DNA of 63,430 nucleotides, the filler included, from Octopus bimaculoides (Eukaryota): NCBI RefSeq assembly GCF_001194135.2. It is 5 parts of 5 records of this genome, joined end to end, with 100 filler letters (N's around TTAATTAATTAA, not from the genome) between each part and the next. Parts side by side here need not be neighbours in the genome. Positions count along the whole stretch, not along the records: positions 1 to 25,094 come from NC_068999.1; 4 more parts are not named here. One strand, given 5' to 3'. Both the position numbers and the translations under genes were made by a program. Below are positions 1 through 13,030 of this stretch, piece after piece. The notes below the pieces were generated by a model. The model saw only the letters and a program-made list of their open reading frames with translations, was not told the origin of the DNA and did not search any database. Within the stretch, counting starts at the first letter, position 1. Every line of letters begins with the position of its first letter.

Positions 1-1030
1 AATCATTGTTGAGTCGATATCGGCAGGAACAACGTAAGACGAAACCGAAAGTTTCTACCGGATGGAGCAGGTTGTGGGGTGGCACGGAGTGGTCAGTCAG
101 TATGTAGGTGGCGGAGGTGGGGGGTCGAGTGTAACTGGATGGAGGGGCTAGTTGAATAAGAACAAGGCCAGCGTCGTAGGGAGGGAATGAGAAAGGGAGA
201 AGAAAGTCCGTGGACGAAAGAATGTTTGTTAGTGAATTCCTAAGTGGGCCTTTTAAAGGGTTCGATCGTTTAACTGAAGGAGCACTGTCCTAAATGTGGG
301 ACCAGTGTTGTACCAACGATGCCTTTCAAATATAATGATTAGGCTTAATCATTATCTGGCTCCCAAGACAAATGTTACTCCTTAGGGACCACACAAGATC
401 GAACTGAGAGACAAAGGTTTAACCTATGTATGGTTTCAGCTGTGTTAGTCATGTGTGGATAGTGTGAAGCACATGACTGTTTCCTTGACGTTTGCGCAGT
501 CATTGCAGTTTTTTTTTTTTTGATACTAAAAGAGGGACCGGATTTATCGTGGACCTTTTGAAAGGTGTTGTCAACGTCCTTGTTTATGGAAACAAGGTTT
601 GGTGTGAAATGTCTACGTTAGGGGTAGGAATGTCTACATTAGGGGTAGTGCGGTAATGTCTGCTGCATAGGGGTGTGTTTGAGAAGTGACAGTAAGTAGG
701 GATAGAAAAACTATGGGAGATGTTATCGAATGTTAAGGGCACACAACAATCGAGAGTGTGAATCAAAGAGAGAGACAGACAGACAGACATATAGAACAGA
801 AAGAGACCTCCGTCAGAACACGCTACAACGACACAGTCTAATCTAACACGAAGTTTCCAATCCACAAAGACAAAGAGCAAACGATGTGGAGACCATGGTC
901 GAGATGGGGATTGTTTTAGAGACGTTCTCGAGCAAGACAGCACACGGTTTTGATGATGGCAATTACGAGACAACAAACAGCCTTAATTTCATCGAAGTTC
1001 CCAAAACTGATGGATCATTGCATGACAAAC
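1..1030 (-). mobile_element. Decayed CR1/jockey-like LINE reverse-transcriptase remnant
   Basis: Manual minus-strand translation across stops and frameshifts gives, in the expected order, GNFDEIKAV, SLWIGNFVLD, SITSPIVFL, HPYAADIT (YADD-like) and QHWSHI*DSAP (EYCSHIWGGA-like). These match RT and post-RT motifs of CR1/jockey-type LINEs. No intact ORF. Confidence 0.6.
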
Positions 1031-1221
1031 AAAGTACCTCCCAAGGTACCTATTTATATTAAGTCGAATATACGAAACCTTTAAAGAGCAAACTGGAAAG
1101 AACACTTCTTCATGGCACCCAACTGCAGCGAGGTGGAATGAATACCTCCTAAACAGGACCTGTTTACAGCGAATTAGAGTGAATACTTCCTCATGGCATC
1201 TATTTATTGTAAACTGAACTA

Positions 1222-1376
1222 TATATTGGGCTGTCTGGAAAGTTCGTGCGGATTTTTAAAGGAAAGAAAAAGGTCAATAAATACTTGGCATTACATTTTT
1301 AATCAACCAAATATGAACCATTTTGTTGCACGATGCGTCTCCATCTTTCCCCTTAACTTGAAAATACCCTCTTCCC
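1222..1376 (-). mobile_element. Mariner transposase C-terminus plus terminal inverted repeat (remnant)
   Basis: Minus strand reads EEGIFKL-(1-nt frameshift)-GERWRRIVQQNGSYLVD*, the typical mariner C-terminal GIxKLxxRWxxxVxxxGxY motif. It is followed by a TA-bounded mariner-type end TATTGGGCTGTCTGGAAAGTTCGTGCGGATTT near 1224. Confidence 0.75.
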
Positions 1377-1801
1377 TAAATTGAGGTGGTTTCATGGCAA
1401 ATAAGTCGAAAGGTAAGCTACTATAAATCGACACGATATCTACGCTAAAATGACCACCAAATCCCCACGGTTAACAAAAGGAGGAGGGTAGTGATTCGAA
1501 TGCTGTTCCTTTGTACGATACAGACCGACAAGAAATCGGTCTGTTGCAGGTAACGTCCTCAATAGCTGGAGTGAATCGAGTGCAATGTCTGGTATTGTTC
1601 TGCTCCAGAAAATACTTACAGCATATTTCAACTATTTGCTTCAGTACAACGGAGTGACGTTGGTAGGATATGAACTGGAAACACTTGGAATGTGAGTGAG
1701 TCTGTCGCTCTCACACCTTACTAACTGAGCCAACGCAGAGCCACGGACGGCGATGGTGAGAATTGCAGTACTCGTGGTGTGTGTGTGTGTGNNNNNNNNN
1801 N

Positions 1802-1890
1802 TGTTCAACTGGTATTTATTTTATTGACCCCCGAAAGGGTGAAAAGTAAAGTCAACCTCGGCGGAATCTGAACTCAGAACGTAAAGACTT
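1802..1890 (-). mobile_element. SINE fragment (family with core TTTATCGACCCCGAAAGGATGAAAGGCAAAGTCGACCTCGGCGGAATTTGAACTCAG)
   Basis: The same core recurs, in either orientation, near 9460, 16390, 18830, 19180, 24210, 25540, 26490, 39230, 40790, 58410 and 60450. Confidence 0.65.
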
Positions 1891-2639
1891 CAAATGTATA
1901 AATATCGAGTAAGGGAGGGGGAACCCACAGAGAAGCGTACTGCATGACGTGTACACACACACACACACACACACCTGCACGCGTGCGCGCAGTAGTCACG
2001 ATTCTTCGAAACTGGTTGGGCTTGTACTACATTTACTCGGTCATTCCTAACCAAACCACTCTCTCTCTCTCTTCCCCCCCTCTCTCTCTGTTGCNNNNNN
2101 NNNNAACCACTCTCTCTCTCTCTCTTCCCCCCTCTCTCTCTGTTGCTGACTTTCAAAGACTCAAGACGAACAACAATGCCGCCAGTTTCATCGACCTAGA
2201 CACAGAAAGGGGGCGGATGCCCCCCCTGCCTTCCAGAACCCGCAAATAAAAATAAATAAATAAATGTAATGCAGTGAGGTAGAAGAAAAAAAAAATTAAA
2301 TCAACTGAGATTATCCTCGTGATATGAAAACAGAACCTCCCTTTAGCTGATATCGAAATGTTATAAGTACGAAATAAGGGCGGCAACTTCTACCAGACCA
2401 GCTGATCCCTATTTAGGGACAATTCGAGAAATGCACTAAGTGGTTCTTGTATTTGCAGTTCACTGAAGTGTTGGTGGGGGCGACATGCTTTGATGTTGTT
2501 AAAGCTACGACTGGAGACAGGTGAATATGATTAGCTGATGAGGTGCAACTAGATCGAAACATACTCGATTTTTTTTCTTCAGTTGGTCATAAACACCAGA
2601 TCCATTCGTAACTGCATCGTCTTAGATTATGTATGTATG

Positions 2640-2846
2640 CAGGGGGGGGGGTGCTGAAAAGTTCCTGACTTTGGATAAAAGAAAATACAGGAGGATCGGT
2701 TATGATGCTATTCAACATATTCTCCTCATGTTCACACTCTTATTGCAGCGGTCCTTCAGTTTTTCTAAAGAACTTGGAAGGTTGGGCCTCCAACCAGGCC
2801 TTTCGTGATAGCCTCGAAGGTCAGGAACTTTCCAACCCCTCCTCGT
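2640..2846. mobile_element. Short non-autonomous mariner-type MITE
   Basis: The left end GGGGGTGCTGAAAAGTTCCTGA and the right end TCAGGAACTTTCCAACCCCTCCTCG are degenerate inverted repeats sharing AAAGTTCCTGA. About 200 bp, non-coding interior. Confidence 0.55.
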
Positions 2847-3887
2847 GTGTGTGTGTGTGAAGGTGTTAATTATACATATCAGGTGAAAATAGCGGCATTA
2901 GATAAACAAATGTCCCATGAAAGAGTATATACACTCGCACGAACGTGTGTGAGCATATCATACATACATGCATACATACATATTAAACAGTTTAACTGTT
3001 TCTAGCGAGGTGGGGGGGGTAACAAGTGTCCCCCCCCCCCGCTACTTGAATATGGAAACAGGATAATTCCAATGTCCAAGACTTTAGCGAAGTCTGCTAC
3101 AAAACTGGACATTGACCATTTGGCGCTGGTTTCGTTTGTCATGAGGAAGGGTCCTGGATCCTTGTTTTAAGCCTCGCAGACAAGGAAGATAGGGGATTCC
3201 ATGTATTGGTTAAAACAATGTGAGAGAGAGAGCGGGGGAGAGAGACAGACAAACAGACAGGGAGTATCTGCGTATGAGAGAACAAAAGGTCCTACTCTAG
3301 AAAGTGTGAGTGAGTGAGAGAGAGAGAAGGGGAGAGAATGAGAGAGAGAGAGAGTGATAAACGCGATGGTGGAGATTTAAAGAGAGGCATGATTGTCACA
3401 ACGTCCCATTATCGATCGGCACTGTAAAACTCAGGAGAACACCGAACACTTCCTCCACCCTTTTACTTCATCTTCTCACACTACAACCCACCCCTCTCTC
3501 TCTCTCACACTCCCTCCGTCTCTCCCTCTCTCTCTCAACAACCTTGCGTGTGTGTGCGCGCGCGCGCAATGAGCTGACAAGTTGGCAGAATGTAAACGTG
3601 TCGGGCTGCGTGTCTGGATGATACACACACACACACACACACATGCATGTGTGGAGAGAGAGAGAGAGGGGGGGGGGCGAGAGATACCGATATAGATATG
3701 TGTGTATATGTGTATGTATGTTTAGTCACACACTTACGTATCACTGCGTGCGTGTATATTTTAACACGCAAGTACACGTGTCAGGCTGCGCGTGTGTATG
3801 TGGGAATGTGTGTGTGTGTGTGCGTGCGTGTGTGAATGTGCAGCAGCTGCTACGAGAAATGTGAAGTTTAAGGTCCACGACGCAGCT

Positions 3888-3921
<34 letters not shown>

Positions 3922-6900
3922 TAGTAACAGTAGTAGTGATGGTAGTAAATTTGCTGATCAACCCTAGCTTATAACTGGTACACATCTCGTGGGGAGGGGA
4001 AATGCCATTGATCATTTAATTGATCCAGCGAGATTTGAACTCGAAACATACGCGATACTGGAAGAGACTGTTTGTAGCAGGGAGAGGAAGAACACAGTGA
4101 GAGGAGGAAGGGAATAAAGACAATGCCTACGTTGATTGTAGTTTAAACACGACGTGGCACTGTTGTTGTTGTTATTGTTGTTTAGCCCTAGGTCAGCTAC
4201 GATCAAGCAGACGCATACTCAAAGGGCACTCCGGCCGTGCCCATCTCGACTTTTTTTTTTCTCCGGTTCTGTTTTTCAGACACAGAGTACTTCACATCAC
4301 AAATGTGTCGCTTTTATTTTTTTAAGAATGCATTGTTTGATCTGGGTGGAATTTGGCTGTTATTTCTTGCAGGTCAAGCTAGTACACATTAGTGGTTGTT
4401 GTTGTGGTGGTGGTGGTGGTGGTGATGTACACATTGCACTATTGTAGTGGCCGAGTCCACCCCCACCCCCCAACTACCGCCACAGTCGCTCGCCTTGCTA
4501 GAAATAACAGCAAAATTTTCAAATCACACTCTCTCTCTCCATNNNNNNNNNNNNNNNNNNNNNNNNNNNNNNNNNNNNNNNNNNNNNNNNNNNNNNNNNN
4601 NNNNNNNNNNNNNNNNNNNNNNNNNNNNNNNNNNNNNNNNNNNNNNNNNNNNNNNNNNNNNNNNNNNNNNNNNNNNNNNNNNNNNNNNNNNNNNNNNNNN
4701 NNNNNNNNNNNNNNNNNNNNNNNNNNNNNNNNNNNNNNNNNNNNNNNNNNNNNNNNNNNNNNNNNNNNNNNNNNNNNNNNNNNNNNNNNNNNNNNNNNNG
4801 TGGTGGTGGTGGTGGTGATGTACACATTGCACTATTGTAGTGGCCGAGTCCACCCCCACCCCCCAACTACCGCCACAGTCGCTCGCCTTGCTAGAAATAA
4901 CAGCAAAATTTTCAAATCACACTCTCTCTCTCCATCTCCCCCCCACCAAAAAACACTTTGAGGAATGCATTCAGTACCTAATGTAGAATAAAAGACAGGA
5001 TGGTCCTGACTGGAATGCCTTTTTATCATAGGAAGGTTGGATAAGGAACAAAAGTATTAAGTAACATAACCACCACCACCACCACCACCATCCTAGCTGC
5101 TGCTGCTATCGTCGGGTGGATTGGAATTCAAAGGATTGACGTTCGAGTCTTCTGGGTTCCTGGTTCAAATCCAGCTGGTGGTGAGGAAGAAGTCTGGGCC
5201 AGACACATACCAGTTATATACTTAGGTGGAGACACAGATATCCAGGCTGTGGGTGGCACCCGTCTCCCCTAGCCTCACTACTAGTGTTGGTTGTTTAATG
5301 TCCCACGAAAACAGCATGAATGCCACAACCTCTTCTACATCACTTTCCACTTCTCATCATTTTCCCATTTCACCAGAATTCATGTCTCAATAAATACAAA
5401 CACATTTCCCTTACAACACACACACACACATACACCCATGTGCATATACACACAGGAGAGAGAGGCTGGCACACACGCACACACGCAGCCTTTANNNNNN
5501 NNNNGTGCGAGCACTGTGTGCCATGATCAGCTGACTTGGCTAAGCACCAGCACACATCATCTGCTGGTGCTGTCTCCACCCCGCCTCCACCAATGGTACC
5601 AATGTCACCACCACCGCCGCCATCATAACAACAACACCATCCTTGCAACCAAGTGATGCTAAGTTGGTTCTGCAAGTATCTATGGAGAGAGAGAGAGAGA
5701 GGGAGAGGGAGAGTGTATGGATGTGAGAGATGAGAATGGGATAGAAAGGAAGGAGGAAAGAGAGGAAAACAAAGAAAGAGAGAGGGTGGGGGAAAGAGAA
5801 AAAAGAGGATAGAAAGATATCAGAAAAGAGAGTAAAATGAAAATGTAGTTGGAGAGCAAGGGGAGGAGGAGGAGGAGGATATATCAGAAAGAGGTCAGAG
5901 AAAGAGAGAGAGAGAGGGAGGAAGAGGGAAGGAGGGAGGGAGGGAAAAGGGCTAGCGAATGGAGGGGGAGGGGGAGGTGAGAGCAAGGGAAAGTAGCAAA
6001 AGCGCACACAATCAACAATCGAATACAACTTGTGCCTGTTCTGCTTTCAGCTTCCAACAAAGATTGGTGAAGTAAAATCCAATAACATGATTTGTTTACA
6101 ATCCCCCACACACACACACACGCACGCACACACATACACATGCACCAGCGCACGCACAACTGCCAATCCCGGAAGTAAACGGACCGATTCTTGTTGGAGT
6201 GGTTTTTACAATGAGGGTCAACAACTACCCTCCCCCCCCCCGCTGCACCACCTCTGCCACCAGCTTTTCTTAATTCAGAGGGTTTCTCATACGAAGGACC
6301 AGCTCTGTGTGTGGTGCAATTGTTAGACCAGGCTAGACGCTGTTTCTACTTCATGGTGGATTCGGAGGATTGGCAGCTGGCACCAGTCCAAGTCTGGCTT
6401 TGGTGTTTGAAGTAAATTTAGAGAAGTCTTGGTGCCGCTTCTTACTATTGACTCTAGTGAGCAACTTGACACGGTTTCGTTCTTTAAGGACTGGAAAGAG
6501 GGAGAACACGAAAGAATACCACAGATTCTGGGAACAGTGATGTTGCTGTTTAGCCCTGGTCCAGGCCTTGGCTAAAAAGAACGATGATCAAAAGTGTTCC
6601 AGCGAAAGCAAAGAGAATACATTGTGCAATGTATTCTTTATTTAAGACAGGGTGTCATTTGAGGAAGATGTGGCTGCTGTTTCTAGCAGGTCATAAAATG
6701 CCATTGCAGTTCCAGTGCTGAGAGGTCAAAAAGGAGGCTGTTGCCAACACAGTTCTTTGACTTTTCCATTTCTTTATCTCTGATGATGATTGTCAGATGC
6801 CATGCTGAATGTCTGTCTGTTTGTCCCCACGAACAAAGGGCTTTGCAATACTCTGTCCTCAAAAATGGTACAACTGGGAATCAGCATTACTCTCCATGAA

Positions 6901-7698
6901 CCCTTCTGTGGTGTAGAGACTCCTTAACAAGAGTCCCATTACACCCAGGAACAATCAGGATTGTACAGAATCTTCATTCCTTCCTGTCTCTTTACACAAT
7001 ACCCACCACCACCACCACTACCACCACCATTTTTTGTGACAATGTTTTAACCATATTTTTAATGCTGATGATGATGATGATGATGAACCTCAACGTCTGT
7101 GATGTTCCATACTTCATATCTTAATCTCTAACCGACTTGTATATGAGGCAGATGTAATTTAAATAACTGAAGCCAGTTGTGCTCCAGTTTGGCCACAGTC
7201 CAAACCAGTCAAAGAAGAAAAGCATCAAACACCCCACCACCCCCACCACCTATTCATGGCAAATCTCTTCTTCTGAGTTGTACCATGTGACACGACTTTT
7301 TGCTGATCCTCTCTCTCTCTCTCCAATGATGGACCCACAAGGTACCAGTAATATACTGCGTGAGAACACTCTTTCCTTTGGAGCTAATCCAACACAATTT
7401 CATTTATCCATCTGGTTTGAATAATAAAACTGTACAGACTACAGTGGAAACCACCCAACTTTATATCGTGGTGGTGGTGGTAGTGGTGGCAATGATGATG
7501 ATGGTAACTAAAGTCTAATTGCAAATGTTATCAGTGTTGATGCTGTGGTGTTGATGCACTCGTGTTGGTGGTGGTGGTGATGATGAAGATGATGATGATG
7601 ATGATTATTATATATGATGATGATGATAGCAATTGTTATTTTCATTGATAATAATGATGATGATGATGTCGATGACAGGAATGGTGTACCAATTGTTA

Positions 7699-7732
<34 letters not shown>

Positions 7733-7833
7733 GGTGGTGGTGTTGAGCAATTGTAATGTGTTGATGCTGTGATGATAAAAACATTCCCTCCTCTTCTTTT
7801 CACTCAAATAACAAAACTCCATGAAAACAATTC

Positions 7834-7864
<31 letters not shown>

Positions 7865-8300
7865 CACGGAAAAAAATAAATAAAAACAAATGAAAAAAAA
7901 AACCTGATTTTTACAACACCCTCCCACCCGCTTCCATACGCCCCTCTCGTTTCTGTCTGCTACTCTCTCTCTCTCACTTCTTATCTCTGTCTCCCTCTCT
8001 CCCTGTCTCTCTCATTCCNNNNNNNNNNNNNNNNNNNNNNNNNNNNNNNNNNNNNNNNNNNNNNNNNNNNNNNNNNNNNNNNNNNNNNNNNNNNNNNNNN
8101 NNNNNNNNNNNNNNNNNNNNCACCACTGACAGACACCATCTTCTCCATAAAAGACAAACCTCTTCATTCGACTCCAAGTTTCCTTCACTTCAACGGAAAC
8201 CAACCTTTCCTGTAGCAGACAAGAAACACTTTCACCAAAGTACAGAAATGGGGGGATGGGGGGGAGGCGGTGGGAGCGTCTACTCTCTCTCCACCCCCCA

Positions 8301-8332
<32 letters not shown>

Positions 8333-8402
8333 TCTCGAAGTATTTTCCCTATGTGTGTGTGTGTGTGTGCATATACACGTGTGTGTGTGTGTATATATCT
8401 TG

Positions 8403-8444
<42 letters not shown>

Positions 8445-9349
8445 TAAATGGATAGACAAACAGAGAGAGGGACAGACAAAGAGAGAAAGAGAGAGACAGA
8501 CAGAAAGCCCGGAAAGCAAGCAGGTAGATAGATAGACAGTGGAAGTAGTGGTAGTGGCAGTGGTGGTAGTGGTTGTGGTGGCAGTGGTGGTGGCGGTGAT
8601 AGTGGTGGTGGTGGTGGCGGCAGTGGTGGTGGTCAGCAAAGACAAAACACTTCATAAAATTTGTTAAAAGAAAAAGTCAAGTTTGGATGCTTTAAAATGG
8701 ATTTATGTTTCTTTGAGAGGAGAAGTTGTCTGCTGCGAAGAATTCATTCTCAACAAAGAACTTTTCTACAAAGAACAAGAAATGTAAGACAACAAAGGTA
8801 AAAAAAAACAAAACAAAAAAGAAAAAGAAAAACAAACTGAAACAAAGAGCTTTGTTCAAAAGAGGATCCTAATGATGATTTCTTCAAAAAAGATCTCTGC
8901 AGAGGACATCAAAGACTCACCTCACACCAATTTGTCTTTTACCTTTTTTTTTCTACCAATTCTATTGTCAGATCCATGTGAAGCTTTTAGTTAGACACAT
9001 AGCAGAATCAAGTTGGGTTTTTTATTGGTTGAAGTTGACCATAAATTTGGCAAAGTATTTCTACAGAGAAGACAGCAGATTGGTGTCCATACAAGTCACC
9101 CAGCATCTCTTAATGTCGCTGATGGTGTCTCAGAGAAAGCCTGACATCTTAAGGTGTGGTCACAGGTGTTGTTGTCTGAATACAAAGAGTTGGCAGAGGT
9201 ACCATAAGATAACCTCCCTAGCACACCAACCATGCCATCAACCATGGATTGGTGCCTTTATATTATTGGTCATAAAGGGAACAGGTATGGCTGTGTAGGA
9301 TGGGTAAGAAGTTGGCTTTCCAACCACATTGTTCCAGGTTCAACCCCAC

Positions 9350-9500
9350 TGCATCTTATTTCTTTATTGCCCACAAGGGGCTAAACATAGAGGGGACAAA
9401 CAAGGACAGACAAAGGGATTAAGTCGATTACATCGACCACAGTGCATAACTGGTACTTAATTTATCGACCCCGAAAGGATGAAAGGCAAAGTCAACCTCG
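9350..9500 (-). mobile_element. SINE copy (same family as 1802-1890)
   Basis: Contains ATCGACCCCGAAAGGATGAAAGGCAAAGTCAACCTCGG and the upstream GATTACATCGAC...ACTGGTACTT block shared with 18750-18948 and 39163-39382. Confidence 0.65.
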
Positions 9501-10559
9501 GGGACTCGACTGGGGGGAGGGAGAACAAACTAGAGATTGTAGTCCTAGACGCACCATGTTTGAATAAGGGAAGACAGATAGAGAGGGGGGGAAGAGAAAA
9601 GGAAGAGAGAGACCTTGAGAGGTGAAAGAGAGAAAGAAAGGGGGNNNNNNNNNNNNNNNNNNNNNNNNNNNNNNNNNNNNNNNNNNNNNNNNNNNNNNNN
9701 NNNNNNNNNNNNNNNNNNNNNNNNNNNNNNNNNNNNNNNNNNNNNNNNNNNNNNNNNNNNNNNNNNNNNNNNNNNNNNNNNNNNNNNNNNNNNNNNNNNN
9801 NNNNNNNNNNNNNNNNNNNNNNNNNNNNNNNNNNNNNNNNNNNNNNNNNNNNNNNNNNNNNNNNNNNNNNNNNNNNNNNNNNNNNNNNNNNNNNNNNNNN
9901 NNNNNNNNNNNNNNNNNNNNNNNNNNNNNNNNNNNNNNNNNNNNNNNNNNNNNNNNNNNNNNNNNNNNNNNNNNNNNNNNNNNNNNNTATTGGTGATTGT
10001 GTAGGTGGTGGTTGGTCGTGGTGGTGGTAGTTGTCATGACGTTATGGCACCAAGAAAAGAGTCCAATGAGAAAGGGAAGGCAAAGGGGTCAATCGCCACC
10101 ACCACCGCCAGTAGTAGTAGTAGTACAGAATGAACGCAGGATAGAGAGTGAGAGAGAGAGAGAGAGGCGGGGGGTAGAGGGAGGTTCATTCACAGAAACT
10201 GTATGAATGGTTACAATTAGCAGCAGGGGTAGCTAAACGCTGGAATGTGCATGTGCATCTGTGTGTACGCGCGCATGCACGTGCATGTGAGCAATGTAAA
10301 GGGAGAAGGGGAGAGAGAGAGAGTACATGAAGGGAGAGCTTCTAGTTCTCCTTTTCTCCTTCTTCCCCATCTTTTCCTCCAGCCAACTCCATCACATCAA
10401 ATGCACTTATTACACTTGAAAAGATGTCTACCACATACGTCTGTCTGTTTGTCTTTCTAGAGACTTGGAGCAGGAATGGGGAGGGTAAAATGCCTTGTGG
10501 TATTTAATCCAGCTCTTAATACTCTCAGCTCTTGTCCCAGTGAGGCTGACTTCACGTTC

Positions 10560-10880
10560 TCATCTTTATGGCATCAATAAACAAAATACCATTCCAAAAC
10601 GACAGATTCGATGTGATTCTAACAGCTGCAGACATGATGCTTCTTCCCTTTTTTTTGGTTTTCTCATCTGTTCCAACTCCCTACATTCTGATGGCAACAC
10701 CTGTAATGACACTGGTGCCAAGATCTTGTCAGTCGTTGCCATTTTCTTAGACAACATCAAAGGAGAGAGAAGAGACTTGCTGCATGGGTGGGTAACTGGT
10801 GGTGTTACACAAACAAAAATTCCTTTGCTAAACCTGCACCTGAGAGAGGAATTTTCCAGGAGCAGGTATGTGATCTCAGG
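10560..10880 (-). mobile_element. RTE-type LINE reverse-transcriptase remnant
   Basis: The minus ORF contains ATTDKILAPVSLQ (cf. STAGKILARVIL) and LLESHRICRFGMVFCL (cf. LPESQCGFR...DMIF), which are RTE-clade RT motifs, here degenerate. Confidence 0.5.
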
Positions 10881-11672
10881 AGATACATCAAGGTCCCGGA
10901 TGCGTGTGTGTGTGTTTGTAGGAATGTTTATATGGAATTTACAGAAGTATGTGTGTGTGTGTGTGTATATGTGTATGCACATTCATGTAGGTGTATGTAT
11001 GAATGTATGCATGTGTGTGTAGGGATATGTAAGAGAGAGAGAGAGAGGAGGGAGGGAGGGAAAGAGTTTATGCAGGTGTGATAAATGCAGTGCAAAAGAG
11101 ATAAAGAAAGGAATGTGTGTGTGTGTGTGGATCTGTATGATGAGTGTAGAGTGCCTCCATCCAAATGCATGCGAACATGAAAAAACAGACATTAAAATGA
11201 ACCAACGCACACATCACGCATGCACACATACTGTAAGCGAGGCAGAACACGATAAGGGTTTATGTATAAATGAAAGCTAGAACTGACAAGGAAGTAGAAA
11301 AGCCTTCAGTAACAGAACACGTGTGTGTGTGTGTGTGTGAGAGTGTGTGTGTGTGTGTGTGTNNNNNNNNNNNNNNNNNNNNNNNNNNNNNNNNNNNNNN
11401 NNNNNNNNNNNNNNNNNNNNNNNNNNNNNNNNNNNNNNNNNNNNNNNNNNNNNNNNNNNNNNNNNNNNNNNNNNNNNNNNNNNNNNNNNNNNNNNNNNNN
11501 NNNNNNNNNNNNNNNNNNNNNNNNNNNNNNNNNNNNNNNNNNNNNNNNNNNNNNNNNNNNNNNNNNNNNNNNNNNNNNNNNNNNNNNNNNNNNNNNNNNN
11601 NNNNNNNNNNNNNNNNNNNNNNNNNNNNNNNNNNNNNNNNNNNNNNNNNNNNNNNNNNNNNNNNNNNNNNNN

Positions 11673-11726
<54 letters not shown>

Positions 11727-11739
11727 CATATAACAAGTT

Positions 11740-11870
11740 GCTTTCAGTTTCTGTCTACCAAATCTAGTCATTGGGCTTTGATCATCCTGGAATTCTGGCA
11801 GAAGACCATCCAAGGTGCCATGCGGTGGGAATGAACCCATAACAGTGTGATTGGGAAGGAAACTTCTTTC
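11740..11870 (-). mobile_element. SINE copy, second family (GGGCAAGTGTCTTCT...CCAAAGCCTTGT...GGAAACTGAAAGAAGC)
   Basis: Similar to 22205-22360 (-), 49840-49990 (-) and 61080-61250 (+) within the window. Confidence 0.55.
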
Positions 11871-12998
11871 TGCACACCCACGCTTCATCATTGTCGTCAT
11901 CGTCATCATCATCAGCATCATCATTATTGCACCTAGAGTGTGTGGAATATAATGTAATAAACATCTTGGAGGTAACCAATGTTGCCGCTGTCTTTGCTGC
12001 TGCTATGATGGCAGGTCCATTTTGATGTTTGGCAATGGGACAAGTGTAAAAGAGTATGGGATAGATTACTGGGGGAGAGAGGGGGAGAGAGGGGAGACAG
12101 GGAGTGTGTTGGTGAGGTCATTGGAATGGTCAACAGAGCATGGAGGGAGGGAGAGAGAGCAAGCAAGGTTGAGTGAGTTCTGTGGTGCCAATTCCTGTGT
12201 AATGAAGGGGCAGGTGGGAGGGGTGGAGGTAAGAAACCATGATAATGGAAGCGTCTGGGTCGAGGTGGTGGTGGTGGCGGCGGTGGTGGTGGGCAGAGGT
12301 TGGAGTGAATTTAAGAACAGTTCAAGACATATTTAGCTTCTCAGTGAACCTAATTAGATTACCGGTATCATGAAACCTGACAATGCTGCTTCATGTCTTG
12401 TTTCATATTACATAGCAGCAGCAGCAATATCACCACCACCACCACCACCACCACCACCACACCAATACCATGACCCATCACTAGTCACTACAACCAACAC
12501 TACATTATATGTTAATCATACCACCACCACCACCACCATTATGCTATGTCACACCACACAACTACCATCAATACATTACAGCATGGTACCCCACACCATC
12601 GCCACCAAGTCCCTCAGATTAGTAAATGAATGTTTGCATGTTTAGACAAAATGCTAGAAATAACAGCTGAATTCCTTTAACACAACACAATACGGTTCTT
12701 AAAAAATGTAGAACAATTAAGATAATGCAGTCGTAGATACAATGGAACACAAGGCACTTTCAATCAGAGTTCGACCGGATCAGAAGAGACTTTGGATAAA
12801 ACACCACCACCACATTCTGTCACACTGAAACCCCACCATACAACCCTTACCACACACACACAATATGGGCTCCTGGAGAATCAAGTACTGAGAATCTAAA
12901 GCAAGGAATTCCACCAAAAAAATTGCCAAAGATGGAACAATTCAAGTTGCTAATCACAAGAATTTGTAGTTACAATATAGAAACGGTTCTGGATGTTT

Positions 12999-13030
<32 letters not shown>

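Noticed and set aside
1645-2520. Exon-like segments 1645-1691 (YNGVTLVGYELETLG) and 2459-2520
   Set aside because: They have plausible splice sites, but the joined peptide is unrecognisable. The first donor is part of a TGAG repeat, and the second segment abuts a hammerhead-like repeat relic, so both are more likely TE sequence.
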